From Alphaproteobacteria bacterium MarineAlpha9_Bin1 (GTDB lineage: Bacteria > Pseudomonadota > Alphaproteobacteria > TMED109): a stretch of 53,882 nucleotides of DNA. Below the pieces are notes generated by a model. It searched no databases and was not told the DNA's origin. It saw nothing but the letters and a program-made list of their open reading frames with translations. This document shows, piece by piece, positions 17,412-26,265 of this stretch; position 1 is the stretch's first letter; each line of letters begins with the position of its first letter. The stretch spans positions 1-53,882 of the forward strand of contig PTKJ01000001.1 in NCBI GenBank assembly GCA_002937675.1. Direction: 5' to 3'. The position numbers were made by a program, and so were the translations under genes.

Positions 17412-18566
17412 ATGAAAAACAATAAATCTAAAAATTTAAAAAGAAGAGATGTTCTAATAGGAGTATCTGTTTTGACTGGTGCTGCCGTTTTAACATCTTG
17501 TGATGATAAAATCGATGGTGGCACACCTGATAAGCCTAAAGAATCAACTTCAATTTCTAAAAATATTATACAGTGGAGAATGGCCACTACTTGGCCTAAA
17601 AATTTTCCAGGCGTAGGAACTACTGCAGAAAATGTTGCTAAAGACATAACTAAAGCTTCAGGAGGAAGAATAGAAATAAAAGTTTACGGCTCGGGAGAGA
17701 TAGTTCCTGCATACGAAGTTTTTGATGCCGTTAGAGAAGGTACTGTAGAAATAGGACATTGCTGGAGTGGATATTGGATTTCTAAACATCCAGCCTTAGC
17801 ATATTTTGGAGGAATTCCTGGCGGACTAAGTCCATCAGAGCAAAGTTCCTGGATATTACAAGGAGGAGGACAAAAATTATGGGAAGAAATATTAGACCCT
17901 TTTGGAATTCAGCCTTTTCAGGCAGGTATTGTTCAAACAGAAATGTTTGGCTGGTATAAAAATCCTTTAAATACATTAGATGACATAAAAGGTTTAAAAA
18001 TTAGAATGGCCGGTCTTCCCAATGAAGTTCTTAATAGAATGGGAGCAACTGCAGTAAATATACCAGGAGGTGAGGTTATGAGCTCTTTTCAAGCAGGAGT
18101 TGTTGATGCAGTTGAGTGGGGAGGACCGTGGATGGATTTAGCATTTGGTTTTCCTAAAATAGCTAAAATTTGTTATGGTCCTGGCATTCATAGTCCTGGT
18201 GCAACGAATGAAGTATTAATCAATAAAGAACAATACAAAAAACTTCCAAACGACTTTAAAGAAATCATTAGAATTGCTGCAAATAATGCTAATACTCAAT
18301 CTTATGGGGAATATATTCATCGTAATGCTATAAGTTTTCAAGTTATGGTTAAGGAGCATAATGTTGAATTTAAAATACTACCAATGGAGATTATTAAAGA
18401 GTTTTTAAAAATTTCTAAAGAAGTTGTACTAGATAATGCCGAAAAAGATCCTGCTGCCATGAAAGTGTATACGCATTATCAAGATTATTTAAAAAAGGCA
18501 ATTGACATTACTAAATATCAAGAATTAGGCTATTTAAATGCAAGAGAAATAAGTAATAATAGTTAA
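17412..18566 (+). CDS. TRAP-type solute-binding protein (COG4663-like) with a twin-arginine/lipobox leader
   Basis: Leader KRRDVLIGVSVLTGAAVLTSC/DD. Mature part starts WRMATTWPKNFPGVG, as in the mannitol/chloroaromatic-type TRAP binding proteins. Confidence 0.75.
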   Translation: MKNNKSKNLKRRDVLIGVSVLTGAAVLTSCDDKIDGGTPDKPKESTSISKNIIQWRMATTWPKNFPGVGTTAENVAKDITKASGGRIEIKVYGSGEIVPAYEVFDAVREGTVEIGHCWSGYWISKHPALAYFGGIPGGLSPSEQSSWILQGGGQKLWEEILDPFGIQPFQAGIVQTEMFGWYKNPLNTLDDIKGLKIRMAGLPNEVLNRMGATAVNIPGGEVMSSFQAGVVDAVEWGGPWMDLAFGFPKIAKICYGPGIHSPGATNEVLINKEQYKKLPNDFKEIIRIAANNANTQSYGEYIHRNAISFQVMVKEHNVEFKILPMEIIKEFLKISKEVVLDNAEKDPAAMKVYTHYQDYLKKAIDITKYQELGYLNAREISNNS

Positions 18567-18570
18567 TGAA

Positions 18571-19251
18571 ATGCATGAAAACTCTAAAGCTTTTCTCGCC
18601 ATATGGCATGACTTACTAGATGAAGGAAAAATAGACTGGGAAAAATGGCACACTTATGAACACATGCCAGAACGTATAGGAATTCCTGGCTTTCTAGGAG
18701 GACGCCGTTACATGAACCACAATGATCAAGACCAATGTTGTTTTACAATATATGAAGGTAGTGATTTATCAGTGTTTAAATCTGCTCCTTATCTTAAACG
18801 TTTAAATAACCCTACATCTTGGACAAAAAAAAGCGCAGCAACTTTTAGGAATTTTACTCGAGGTGCATGTAAGCGTGTTTCTTTTTGTGGACCACAAAAT
18901 GGGTATGGCGGTATTGTGATGACTATTCGACTGTTGCGTAACGATGATTTCTCTGAGAATTCACAGCAATTAGACCAACTAACAACAAATATAAATGAAA
19001 TGGATGGCGTTATAACCACAACTCTTGGACTCTGTGATACCCAAATCACTTCCACGGAAACCACCGAGCAAAAATTAAGAAAAGGTACTACTGAAGTGTC
19101 ACTTGATGGTGTTCTAATTATTGAAGGATATGATACGACGGTGCTAGAAGGACAAGCACAAAAAATTCTACGGATAATAAGTTCTGCTGATATTCATTTA
19201 GATCCAGTACAAAATCAAATATACTCACTTTCAAATATGCTCATAGCATAA
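18571..19251 (+). CDS. Hypothetical protein (226 aa, no confident family call)
   Basis: Starts 4 nt after the binding-protein gene. N-terminal block AFLAIWHDL...WHTYEHMPERIGIPGFLGGRRY. Possibly two alpha+beta halves. Confidence 0.5.
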   Translation: MHENSKAFLAIWHDLLDEGKIDWEKWHTYEHMPERIGIPGFLGGRRYMNHNDQDQCCFTIYEGSDLSVFKSAPYLKRLNNPTSWTKKSAATFRNFTRGACKRVSFCGPQNGYGGIVMTIRLLRNDDFSENSQQLDQLTTNINEMDGVITTTLGLCDTQITSTETTEQKLRKGTTEVSLDGVLIIEGYDTTVLEGQAQKILRIISSADIHLDPVQNQIYSLSNMLIA

Positions 19252-19282
19252 GTGAAGCCAAGAAAAAATGAGAGGAGACAAA

Positions 19283-19366
19283 ATGAGGCTAAAAGATAAA
19301 GTGGCTATTGTTACTGGTGCATTGGATTATTTTAATCATCAACAAATTTGGAAGCATGTTCTATAA
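19283..19366 (+). pseudogene. Remnant of the 5' end of a short-chain dehydrogenase gene
   Basis: GAGAGGAGA Shine-Dalgarno, then ATG and MRLKDKVAIVTGA, a canonical SDR N-terminus. The reading frame then diverges (LDYFNHQQIWKHVL*) and runs antisense into the 3' end of the symporter gene. Confidence 0.55.
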
Positions 19367-20801
19367 CTGCTTGTTCTTGTTCTTTAGCAAAACTAATCAC
19401 TGCAACTATTATTAGATTTATCACCAAGCCTATTAAACCTGGGTGTAAATCATAAGGTGAGGTAGAACTTAAATATTGGAAATATATGGTTACTAATACT
19501 CCGCCAATAAGTCCTAGAATTATGCCTACAGTAGAAGCTTTCTTCCAAAACAAACCTGCGTAAACTGCTGGAGCCAACTGAACTATAGGACCATAAGCTC
19601 CCAACAATAAAGAAATAAGACCATCACTTCCAAATATAGCAATACAGTAAGCAATTGCCCCAACACCTAAAACAGCTCCCCTCATTATCCATAATTCAGT
19701 GTTTTCCTTCATATTGGGAAAAATTACCTTACATATATCCCTTCCAAAAGAAACCGAGGCGCCGTGGGTAATAGCATCGGAAGAAGACATAGCTGCAGCA
19801 AGTGCCCCTGCCCCAACAAGGCCATATAATAAACCAGAGTTTGTTAAGTGATGTGTAATTAAGTAGGGTAATACTTGACCAGAATGTTCCAGAGCATCAG
19901 GCGGGACTACTCCGATCGCAGAGAAACCAATAAAAAGGACAGGCAATAAAAATATTGCAAAAACAGGGTAAGCTACTACCGTCAATTTTATTCTTCTTTC
20001 TGTTGTAGTATATGATTTAGTAAAAAGGTGTGGCCACATTAAAAAACCAAGCATAGAAACAAAAATATTACTGCTGTATCTTGCTGAGGAAAGGGCTGAT
20101 CCCTCTTTGCCTATGGTTAAAAAATTTGGATCATTTTCAGCTATTTTTCTAAACATATTATCCAAGCCACCATGCAAAGTTTCCACAAAATATATACCTA
20201 GAACCCAAGCGACCAAAAGCATTAGAATAGCTTGAAAAACATCACTCCATGCTGCGCCTCTTACTCCACTAGTTGCTACGTATATAACTACAATTCCAAA
20301 TGCTATTAGAGCACCCAACCAGAAAGAAATATGTCCATAGGTTAACACATTAAAAATATAAGCCATTCCTTTTATCTGAAGAGTTAAATAAGGAATAAAA
20401 GCTAATAGTGCAACAATTCCTATTATAACCACTAGAAATTTTGAATTATATCTATCTCCTAAGAAATCACCCATAGTTATATAATTCGATTCGCGACCTA
20501 ATTTAGCAATTTTAGGTCCGATTATATACCAAGGGAGTAATCCTAATGTACAGTAAGCTAGTATATAAAGTGAAGCAGCACCTTTTGAATAAGCCCATCC
20601 AGGACCTCCTAAAAATGAAAAAGCTGAAAAAATAGTTCCGCCCATTAAAAACCACATTACAAAAAGACTAAACCCTCTATCGCCTACAGCATATTCCGAA
20701 ACAGAAAACAAAGACCTGCCTCTTCCAGCCGCTAATCCTAAGGCGAATGCAAGGAACAAATAAATAGACATTGCCAATAAAGCTACTTGCCATGCCTCCA
20801 T
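19332..20801 (-). CDS. Sodium:solute symporter family (SSS) transporter
   Basis: 489-aa polytopic membrane protein with SSS-like blocks (GVRGAAWSDVFQAILM, AAAMSSSD). Confidence 0.85.
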   Translation of the reverse strand: MEAWQVALLAMSIYLFLAFALGLAAGRGRSLFSVSEYAVGDRGFSLFVMWFLMGGTIFSAFSFLGGPGWAYSKGAASLYILAYCTLGLLPWYIIGPKIAKLGRESNYITMGDFLGDRYNSKFLVVIIGIVALLAFIPYLTLQIKGMAYIFNVLTYGHISFWLGALIAFGIVVIYVATSGVRGAAWSDVFQAILMLLVAWVLGIYFVETLHGGLDNMFRKIAENDPNFLTIGKEGSALSSARYSSNIFVSMLGFLMWPHLFTKSYTTTERRIKLTVVAYPVFAIFLLPVLFIGFSAIGVVPPDALEHSGQVLPYLITHHLTNSGLLYGLVGAGALAAAMSSSDAITHGASVSFGRDICKVIFPNMKENTELWIMRGAVLGVGAIAYCIAIFGSDGLISLLLGAYGPIVQLAPAVYAGLFWKKASTVGIILGLIGGVLVTIYFQYLSSTSPYDLHPGLIGLVINLIIVAVISFAKEQEQAVIEHASKFVDD

Positions 20802-20802
20802 A

Positions 20803-21024
20803 CTATTTCTCCTCTGTTGTGGAATCTAATTTGATAAAAATAAGCAAACCTATGAATTCAATAACTATCCAAAAAATAACCCAAGCCATAGAAAAAGGTA
20901 ATCCAAAAACGAAGGGCTCCACCCTATTACCTAAAGAAAATACTGGGAAAATTAACATAATTAAAATAAAAAGAGTAAATACAACAAAAATAATTTTTGA
21001 GCTTATTGCTTGGCTTTTTTTCAC
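20803..21024 (-). CDS. Small two-TM membrane protein, SSS-associated subunit (DUF3311-like)
   Basis: 73 aa. Its stop lies 1 nt before the symporter ATG. Contains EPFVFGLPFSMAW between two hydrophobic helices. Confidence 0.55.
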   Translation of the reverse strand: MKKSQAISSKIIFVVFTLFILIMLIFPVFSLGNRVEPFVFGLPFSMAWVIFWIVIEFIGLLIFIKLDSTTEEK

Positions 21025-21162
21025 CGTAGTCCCCCTTTATATGGAGTAATAAATCTAAACTAGATTTGATGTATTAATCAATAATAATTTATTTTATAAC
21101 TTAAATTTTTTATCTTAATTTTTATCATAATTAGTATTAAGATGATTCTAGGAGAAAACACA

Positions 21163-22032
21163 ATGAGTTTAGATTGGCGAAATTTTACTTCTAACGAAAT
21201 TGAAAAAAACTTTAATCCGCGAATAGCAGTACCAGATTTTGACAATTATATAGAAGAAGCTCAAAATAAAGCAGGCCTTGCTAGAACAAATTTAGCTGGA
21301 AAATTAGATGTAGAGTATGGCAAACACCCTATGCAAAAACTTGACGTATTCGCATCCCAAAATATAGAAAAAGCTCCAGTCCATATTTTTATTCATGGGG
21401 GATACTGGAGAGCTTTAGATAAATCGGACCACAGTCACCTAGCAACACCTTTTGTTGAAAATGGTTGTATATATTTTATATTAAATTATGGTTTGTGCCC
21501 TAATATCAAACTTTCTCAAATAAATGATCAGATTCATTCTTCTTTAAAGTGGATATATGAAAATTGTAGTAATTATGGAGGCAACCCAGAAAATATAAAT
21601 ATATCAGGTCATTCTGCAGGAGCACATTTATGTGCAATGCTGATTAATACAAATTGGAAAAATAGAAATTTACCACATGATATTATTAAATCTGCATACC
21701 TTATTAGCGGCATTTATGAGCCAGAAGTCGTTTTAAAGTTATCTCTTAATGAAGAAATAGGACTTAATAAACAAGAAGCTGCGAATAACACCCCTATCCC
21801 AACTTCAAAGGTCAACTCGAAAATTTTTTTATCGGTAGGAGATATTGAACCACCTGGATGGATAGAACAAACCAAAATTTATGCACACAAATTAAAAGAA
21901 AAAGGAAACACAGTTAATTTCCAAATTTTAAAAAATGAAAATCATTTTTCAATTCTGAATGTATTATCTGACTCTGATAATAAATTTACTAAAAAAATGA
22001 TAACTGTAACAAAAGAAGGAACTAATGAATAA
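21163..22032 (+). CDS. Alpha/beta hydrolase, arylformamidase (kynurenine formamidase) / esterase-like
   Basis: HIFIHGGYWRALDK and nucleophile elbow GHSAGAHL. AGGAG lies 8 nt before the ATG at 21163; the track start at 21142 is less likely. Confidence 0.7.
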   Translation: MSLDWRNFTSNEIEKNFNPRIAVPDFDNYIEEAQNKAGLARTNLAGKLDVEYGKHPMQKLDVFASQNIEKAPVHIFIHGGYWRALDKSDHSHLATPFVENGCIYFILNYGLCPNIKLSQINDQIHSSLKWIYENCSNYGGNPENINISGHSAGAHLCAMLINTNWKNRNLPHDIIKSAYLISGIYEPEVVLKLSLNEEIGLNKQEAANNTPIPTSKVNSKIFLSVGDIEPPGWIEQTKIYAHKLKEKGNTVNFQILKNENHFSILNVLSDSDNKFTKKMITVTKEGTNE

Positions 22033-22903
22033 CTCAAAAGTTGAAAAACTTAAAAATATAGTCTCAAACGATAAATTATATATTATGCCATGTTGTTATG
22101 ATGCACTTTCAGCGAAAATGATAGAACAATCTGGTTTTGAGTTAAGTTTTATGAGTGGGTTTGCTACGTCTGCCACCAGACTTGGATTACCTGATACAGG
22201 ACTTATTTCATATGGTGAAATTATAGATCAAGGAAGAAACATTTGTGAAAATGTCAATATACCCATCATAGGCGATGGAGACACAGGTTATGGAAACGAA
22301 ATCAATGTAAGAAGAACAGTAAAAGGATTTTACAACGCAGGATTTTCAGCAATAATGATAGAAGATCAAGAATCACCCAAACGTTGTGGTCATACAAGAG
22401 GCAAAAAAGTAATTTCACGAGAAGATGCTATAACGAGAATGAAAGCAGCCATAGATGAAAGAGATTCTGGCTCGAATATTTTAATTATGGCTAGAACAGA
22501 TGCACGCTTTGATTTGGGAATAAATGAAGCAATTGACAGAATGAAGATTTTCAGAGAGTTAGGAGCCGATATATTATTTGTTGAAGGACCTCAAAATAGA
22601 GAAGAAATGCATAAGATATGCAAAAAATTAGATGGTCCAAAAATAATCAATCTTGTTGAAGGCGGAGATACTCCTATACTGAGTTATAAAGAATTAGAAG
22701 AGATGGGCTTCAGAATTGCTGCTTTCCCTTTAACCATACTTTCTGCGTCTATGAAAGCAACTCAAGAAGTATTGAATAATTTTAAGAATAAAGTAAGAAA
22801 TGAAAAAAATTTGATGTCTTTTGAAGAAATCCAAAAAATTGTGGGTTTTAAAGATTACTTTTCATTAGAAAAAAAATATGTAAAATCTAAAGACAATGAC
22901 TAA
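22025..22903 (+). CDS. Isocitrate lyase/PEP mutase superfamily lyase (methylisocitrate lyase / 2,3-dimethylmalate lyase / petal-death-protein-like)
   Basis: GDGDTGYGN and IEDQESPKRCGH (the K-R-C-G-H catalytic loop of the lyase branch), plus MARTDAR. 8-nt overlap with the upstream gene. Confidence 0.8.
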   Translation: MNNSKVEKLKNIVSNDKLYIMPCCYDALSAKMIEQSGFELSFMSGFATSATRLGLPDTGLISYGEIIDQGRNICENVNIPIIGDGDTGYGNEINVRRTVKGFYNAGFSAIMIEDQESPKRCGHTRGKKVISREDAITRMKAAIDERDSGSNILIMARTDARFDLGINEAIDRMKIFRELGADILFVEGPQNREEMHKICKKLDGPKIINLVEGGDTPILSYKELEEMGFRIAAFPLTILSASMKATQEVLNNFKNKVRNEKNLMSFEEIQKIVGFKDYFSLEKKYVKSKDND

Positions 22904-23090
22904 GAATAATTTATACGTTTTTTTATATATTATCTTAATTGCAATAGGAATTCCTTGGTATTGGCCTCAAGATTCCAGATCAATAATTTTAGGGGTTCCG
23001 GCCTGGGTTGCTGTTGCTGTATTATGTTCTCTACTAGCTTCTTTGTTAACTGCGTATATATTAATCAATTCATTAAGTGATGAAGAATAA
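22896..23090 (+). CDS. Small two-TM membrane protein, SSS-associated subunit (DUF3311-like)
   Basis: 64 aa. Contains IPWYWPQDSRSIILGVPAW between two hydrophobic helices. Its stop overlaps the symporter ATG (TAATG). Confidence 0.55.
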   Translation: MTKNNLYVFLYIILIAIGIPWYWPQDSRSIILGVPAWVAVAVLCSLLASLLTAYILINSLSDEE

Positions 23091-24583
23091 TGAGCAATAT
23101 TCTTCCGTTAGGATATGGGGCATGGACCTTTATTTCTATTTACTTACTTTCGCTTTTGGTCATCGGATGGTTTGCTAAAAAATCTAGAAAAGAAGACACA
23201 TTAAATGACTTTTATCTAGCCGGAAATAGTTTGGGTTTAGGTATTCTATTTCTTACTCTTTTCGCTACACAATATAGTGGAAATACTTTCTTTGGATTTA
23301 CTGGTGCTACTTATCGTGTTGGTTATTCTTGGATTCTAAGTATACACTTTATGACGAGCATCGTGGTTTGTTACCTTTTGTTTGCACCTAAACTACATAG
23401 GTTATCCAAAAAACAAAACTTTTTAACCCCTGCTGATTATATTCAGTATCGCTTTAAATATAATAAATTAAGCCTAATAATTACCATAATTGGAATAGCT
23501 GTTTTAAGTAATTATTTATTAGCTCAATTAATGGCAATGGGCAGAGCAATGCAAGGAATTTCAGGAGACGCTGGAGGCTCGTTTTATTATATAGCAGGGG
23601 TACTTGTATTAGCTACTATAATTGTTATTTATGGGACGATGGGTGGATTACGCGCCGTTGCCTGGACTGATGCAATACAAGGCGTAATCCTTTTAGTGGG
23701 TTTCTCTGTACTACTATTTATATTATTTGACAAATTTGGACCTTTATCTAAAGCAACAGAAATTATAGCTAACATGGATAAGATCAATAATACAAGAAAA
23801 GCTGCAGTTCCAGATGCTGAAACTTGTAGATTATGGCTCAGCTATATAATTATTTTAGGATTTGGTCTTTCCTTATATCCTCAAGCCATCCAAAGGATAT
23901 ATGCGGCTAAATCTGAAAAAGTATTAAAGAAGAGTCTTGTTGTTATGGCATTTATGCCCATACCTACCATGATTATAAGTGTTATTGCTGGAATAATGGC
24001 ACTAGCGTATATATCAGGATTAGAGGGGGCAGCTACTGATCAGGTATTTGGTCGAGTCTTAAGAGAAATCCAGGAATATTCCATTTTAGGTTACGGTGTT
24101 AGTATTGTAATATTGGCCGCTATATTAGCGGCAATGATGTCTACAGCTGATTCTGCCTTATTAACAATATCTTCAATGTTTACCAAAGATATTTATGCAA
24201 AAATTTTCAAAAGTTCTCCTGATGAAAAAACACTTACTCTTGTAGGTAAGTTTTGTTCTTGGGCTTTTCTGGCGCTTATGATTATATTTGCTATCATACT
24301 TAAAGATAATACTTCGCTAGTTAAATTAATGGATAGAAAACTAGATTTGATGATACAAGTATCTCCAGCATTTATGTTAGGCATACATTATAGTTGGCTA
24401 AAAGCAAAGCCTGTTTTTTGGGGAATAGTATGTGGTACAATTGTTGCTCTTTCTATCCCGTATATTGATTTAAGTTTTATTTCCAAAGGTAAGGTATTTG
24501 GTTTTCATGCTGGATTGATTGGCCTACTACCAAACCTGGCCATTGCCCTCATTGGTTCTTACTTAAAAAAGGAAACAACATGA
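23090..24583 (+). CDS. Sodium:solute symporter family (SSS) transporter
   Basis: 497-aa polytopic membrane protein with GGLRAVAWTDAIQGVILL and AAMMSTADS blocks. Confidence 0.85.
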   Translation: MSNILPLGYGAWTFISIYLLSLLVIGWFAKKSRKEDTLNDFYLAGNSLGLGILFLTLFATQYSGNTFFGFTGATYRVGYSWILSIHFMTSIVVCYLLFAPKLHRLSKKQNFLTPADYIQYRFKYNKLSLIITIIGIAVLSNYLLAQLMAMGRAMQGISGDAGGSFYYIAGVLVLATIIVIYGTMGGLRAVAWTDAIQGVILLVGFSVLLFILFDKFGPLSKATEIIANMDKINNTRKAAVPDAETCRLWLSYIIILGFGLSLYPQAIQRIYAAKSEKVLKKSLVVMAFMPIPTMIISVIAGIMALAYISGLEGAATDQVFGRVLREIQEYSILGYGVSIVILAAILAAMMSTADSALLTISSMFTKDIYAKIFKSSPDEKTLTLVGKFCSWAFLALMIIFAIILKDNTSLVKLMDRKLDLMIQVSPAFMLGIHYSWLKAKPVFWGIVCGTIVALSIPYIDLSFISKGKVFGFHAGLIGLLPNLAIALIGSYLKKETT

Positions 24584-24879
24584 ACGCGATCTTTTACCTA
24601 ATAAATAGTGCAATAGATCTTTTATTTTTTATTATTATATTACAAGTAATAATAAGTTGGCTTATAGCATTTAATATCCTGAACACTTATAACCAATTCA
24701 TTGGGCAAATTATATTTTTTTTAAATAGGATCACTTTTCCTTTATTATCTCCAATAAAAAAAATTCTTCCTAATTTAGGCCCAATAGATATATCACCTGT
24801 CATTGTATTAATTTTACTAAAAGTCTTGCAGGTATATATAAATAGAGATCTTAAACCTTTTTTATTTGCTCATATGTAA
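24580..24879 (+). CDS. YggT family membrane protein
   Basis: 99 aa with two TM segments. ISWLIAFNILN...LGPIDISPVI resembles YggT. ATGA overlap with the symporter. Confidence 0.65.
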   Translation: MNAIFYLINSAIDLLFFIIILQVIISWLIAFNILNTYNQFIGQIIFFLNRITFPLLSPIKKILPNLGPIDISPVIVLILLKVLQVYINRDLKPFLFAHM

Positions 24880-24883
24880 TTAA

Positions 24884-26080
24884 TTATTTTTTTCTTAACT
24901 TAAGCCTTAAGGCGTTTAATTTTATAAAACCATCTGCGTCCTTTTGATTATAACCTTCTCCCTCATCAAAAGTAACAACACCCTGATTATAAATACTTTT
25001 TGGAGATCTTCTTCCCATAAGAATACAATTACCTTTATGTAGCCTAAGTTTTACCTCTCCAGTAACATTCGTCTGACTTTTATCTATTAAAGACTGCAAC
25101 ATTTCTCTCTCTGGAGAAAACCATAAACCATTATAAATTAATGAAGCATAACGAGGAATACATTCATCTCTTATAAGCATAGTGGGGCCATCCAAGATAA
25201 GTTGTTCTATTCCCCTATGTGCGATCAACAAAACTGTTCCACCAGGTGTTTCATAAACTCCTCTAGATTTCATTCCCACAAATCTATTTTCTACAATATC
25301 AATTCTGCCTATACCATGTCTTCCTGCCTTCTCATTTAAATCTTGTAATAATTTTGCTGGACTCATTTTTTTTCCATTAATTGCTACTAGATTCCCTGCT
25401 TCAAAAGCCAATTCTAAATCCTCAGCCTCCTCAGGTGCATCATTTATAGAAACAGAACGAGTAAACATATCTTCGTCTGGAGGTACCCATGGATCTTCAA
25501 GTGCCTTTCCTTCATATGATATATGCAAAAGATTAGCGTCTGTTGAATAAGGAGGTTCTCCACGTTTGTCTTTCGGGACTGATATACCTTTTTGTTCAGC
25601 CCATTCAACTAATTTTATTCTAGAATTAAAGTCCCATTCTCTCCACGGAGCAACCACTTTAATATCCGGGTTTAGAGCCGAATATGCTAACTCAAACCTA
25701 ACTTGATCATTGCCCTTCCCTGTCGAACCATGAGAAACAGTATCCGCTCCAGTTTCTTTTGCAATCTCAATTTGTCTTTTAGCTATAAGAGGTCTAGCTA
25801 TAGATGTTCCCAACAAATATGTTCCTTCATAAACTGCATTAGCTCTGAACATAGGAAATACATAATTACTTACAAATTCTTCTTTAAGATCCTCTACATA
25901 GATTTCCGAAACACCCATGCTTTCTGCACGTGCCTTAGCTGATTCAATTTCCTCTCCCTGTCCTATATCAGCTGTAAAAGTTACTACTTCACAATCATAA
26001 GTCTCTTGTAGCCACTTTAAAATCACTGAAGTATCCAAACCTCCAGAATAAGCGAGTACTATTTTTTTAAATTTTTTCAT
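24884..26080 (-). CDS. argG: Argininosuccinate synthase
   Basis: [23 protein letters not shown], and full-length similarity to type-1 ArgG. ATG at 26080 preferred over the TTG at 26092. Confidence 0.95.
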   Translation of the reverse strand: MKKFKKIVLAYSGGLDTSVILKWLQETYDCEVVTFTADIGQGEEIESAKARAESMGVSEIYVEDLKEEFVSNYVFPMFRANAVYEGTYLLGTSIARPLIAKRQIEIAKETGADTVSHGSTGKGNDQVRFELAYSALNPDIKVVAPWREWDFNSRIKLVEWAEQKGISVPKDKRGEPPYSTDANLLHISYEGKALEDPWVPPDEDMFTRSVSINDAPEEAEDLELAFEAGNLVAINGKKMSPAKLLQDLNEKAGRHGIGRIDIVENRFVGMKSRGVYETPGGTVLLIAHRGIEQLILDGPTMLIRDECIPRYASLIYNGLWFSPEREMLQSLIDKSQTNVTGEVKLRLHKGNCILMGRRSPKSIYNQGVVTFDEGEGYNQKDADGFIKLNALRLKLRKK

Positions 26081-26244
26081 AATATTTTCCAATTCTTAAG
26101 AAAACTTAATTTATATTTTTTATCTTCTTTTTGCTTACACTGCCACTTTTTAATTATCCCCATGCGGCTATATATTCTGTCTTCTTGGTCATCTAATAGT
26201 GGTAAATATGCCTCCATTATTACATGCCGCATTAGCAAACCCAT
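26077..26244 (-). CDS. Candidate small ORF (55 aa) ending in an ATGA overlap with the argG start
   Basis: Hand translation gives [55 protein letters not shown]. No obvious Shine-Dalgarno. It fills the gap between two genes. Confidence 0.3.
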   Translation of the reverse strand: MGLLMRHVIMEAYLPLLDDQEDRIYSRMGIIKKWQCKQKEDKKYKLSFLKNWKIL

Positions 26245-26265
26245 TTATAGGAAGCATGGAGGACA

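Noticed and set aside
19332-20801. Locally G+C-rich symporter gene next to the SDR remnant, as a horizontally acquired insertion.
   Set aside because: On reading the codons, third positions are still mostly A/T, as in neighbouring genes. The higher G+C reflects Gly/Ala/Pro-rich membrane segments. No remaining part of the SDR gene is found at any other junction.
20771-21049. 92-aa plus-strand ORF opposite the small membrane protein gene.
   Set aside because: It is antisense to a two-TM ORF that is positioned 1 nt upstream of a symporter, a recurring arrangement repeated at 22896..23090.
26211-26262. 7-bp inverted repeat after the stop of the secreted-protein gene, as a possible intrinsic terminator or riboswitch.
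   Set aside because: The loop is about 38 nt, and no U-tract follows it on the transcribed (minus) strand. I recognise no riboswitch consensus. It is mentioned only in connection with the small ORF there.
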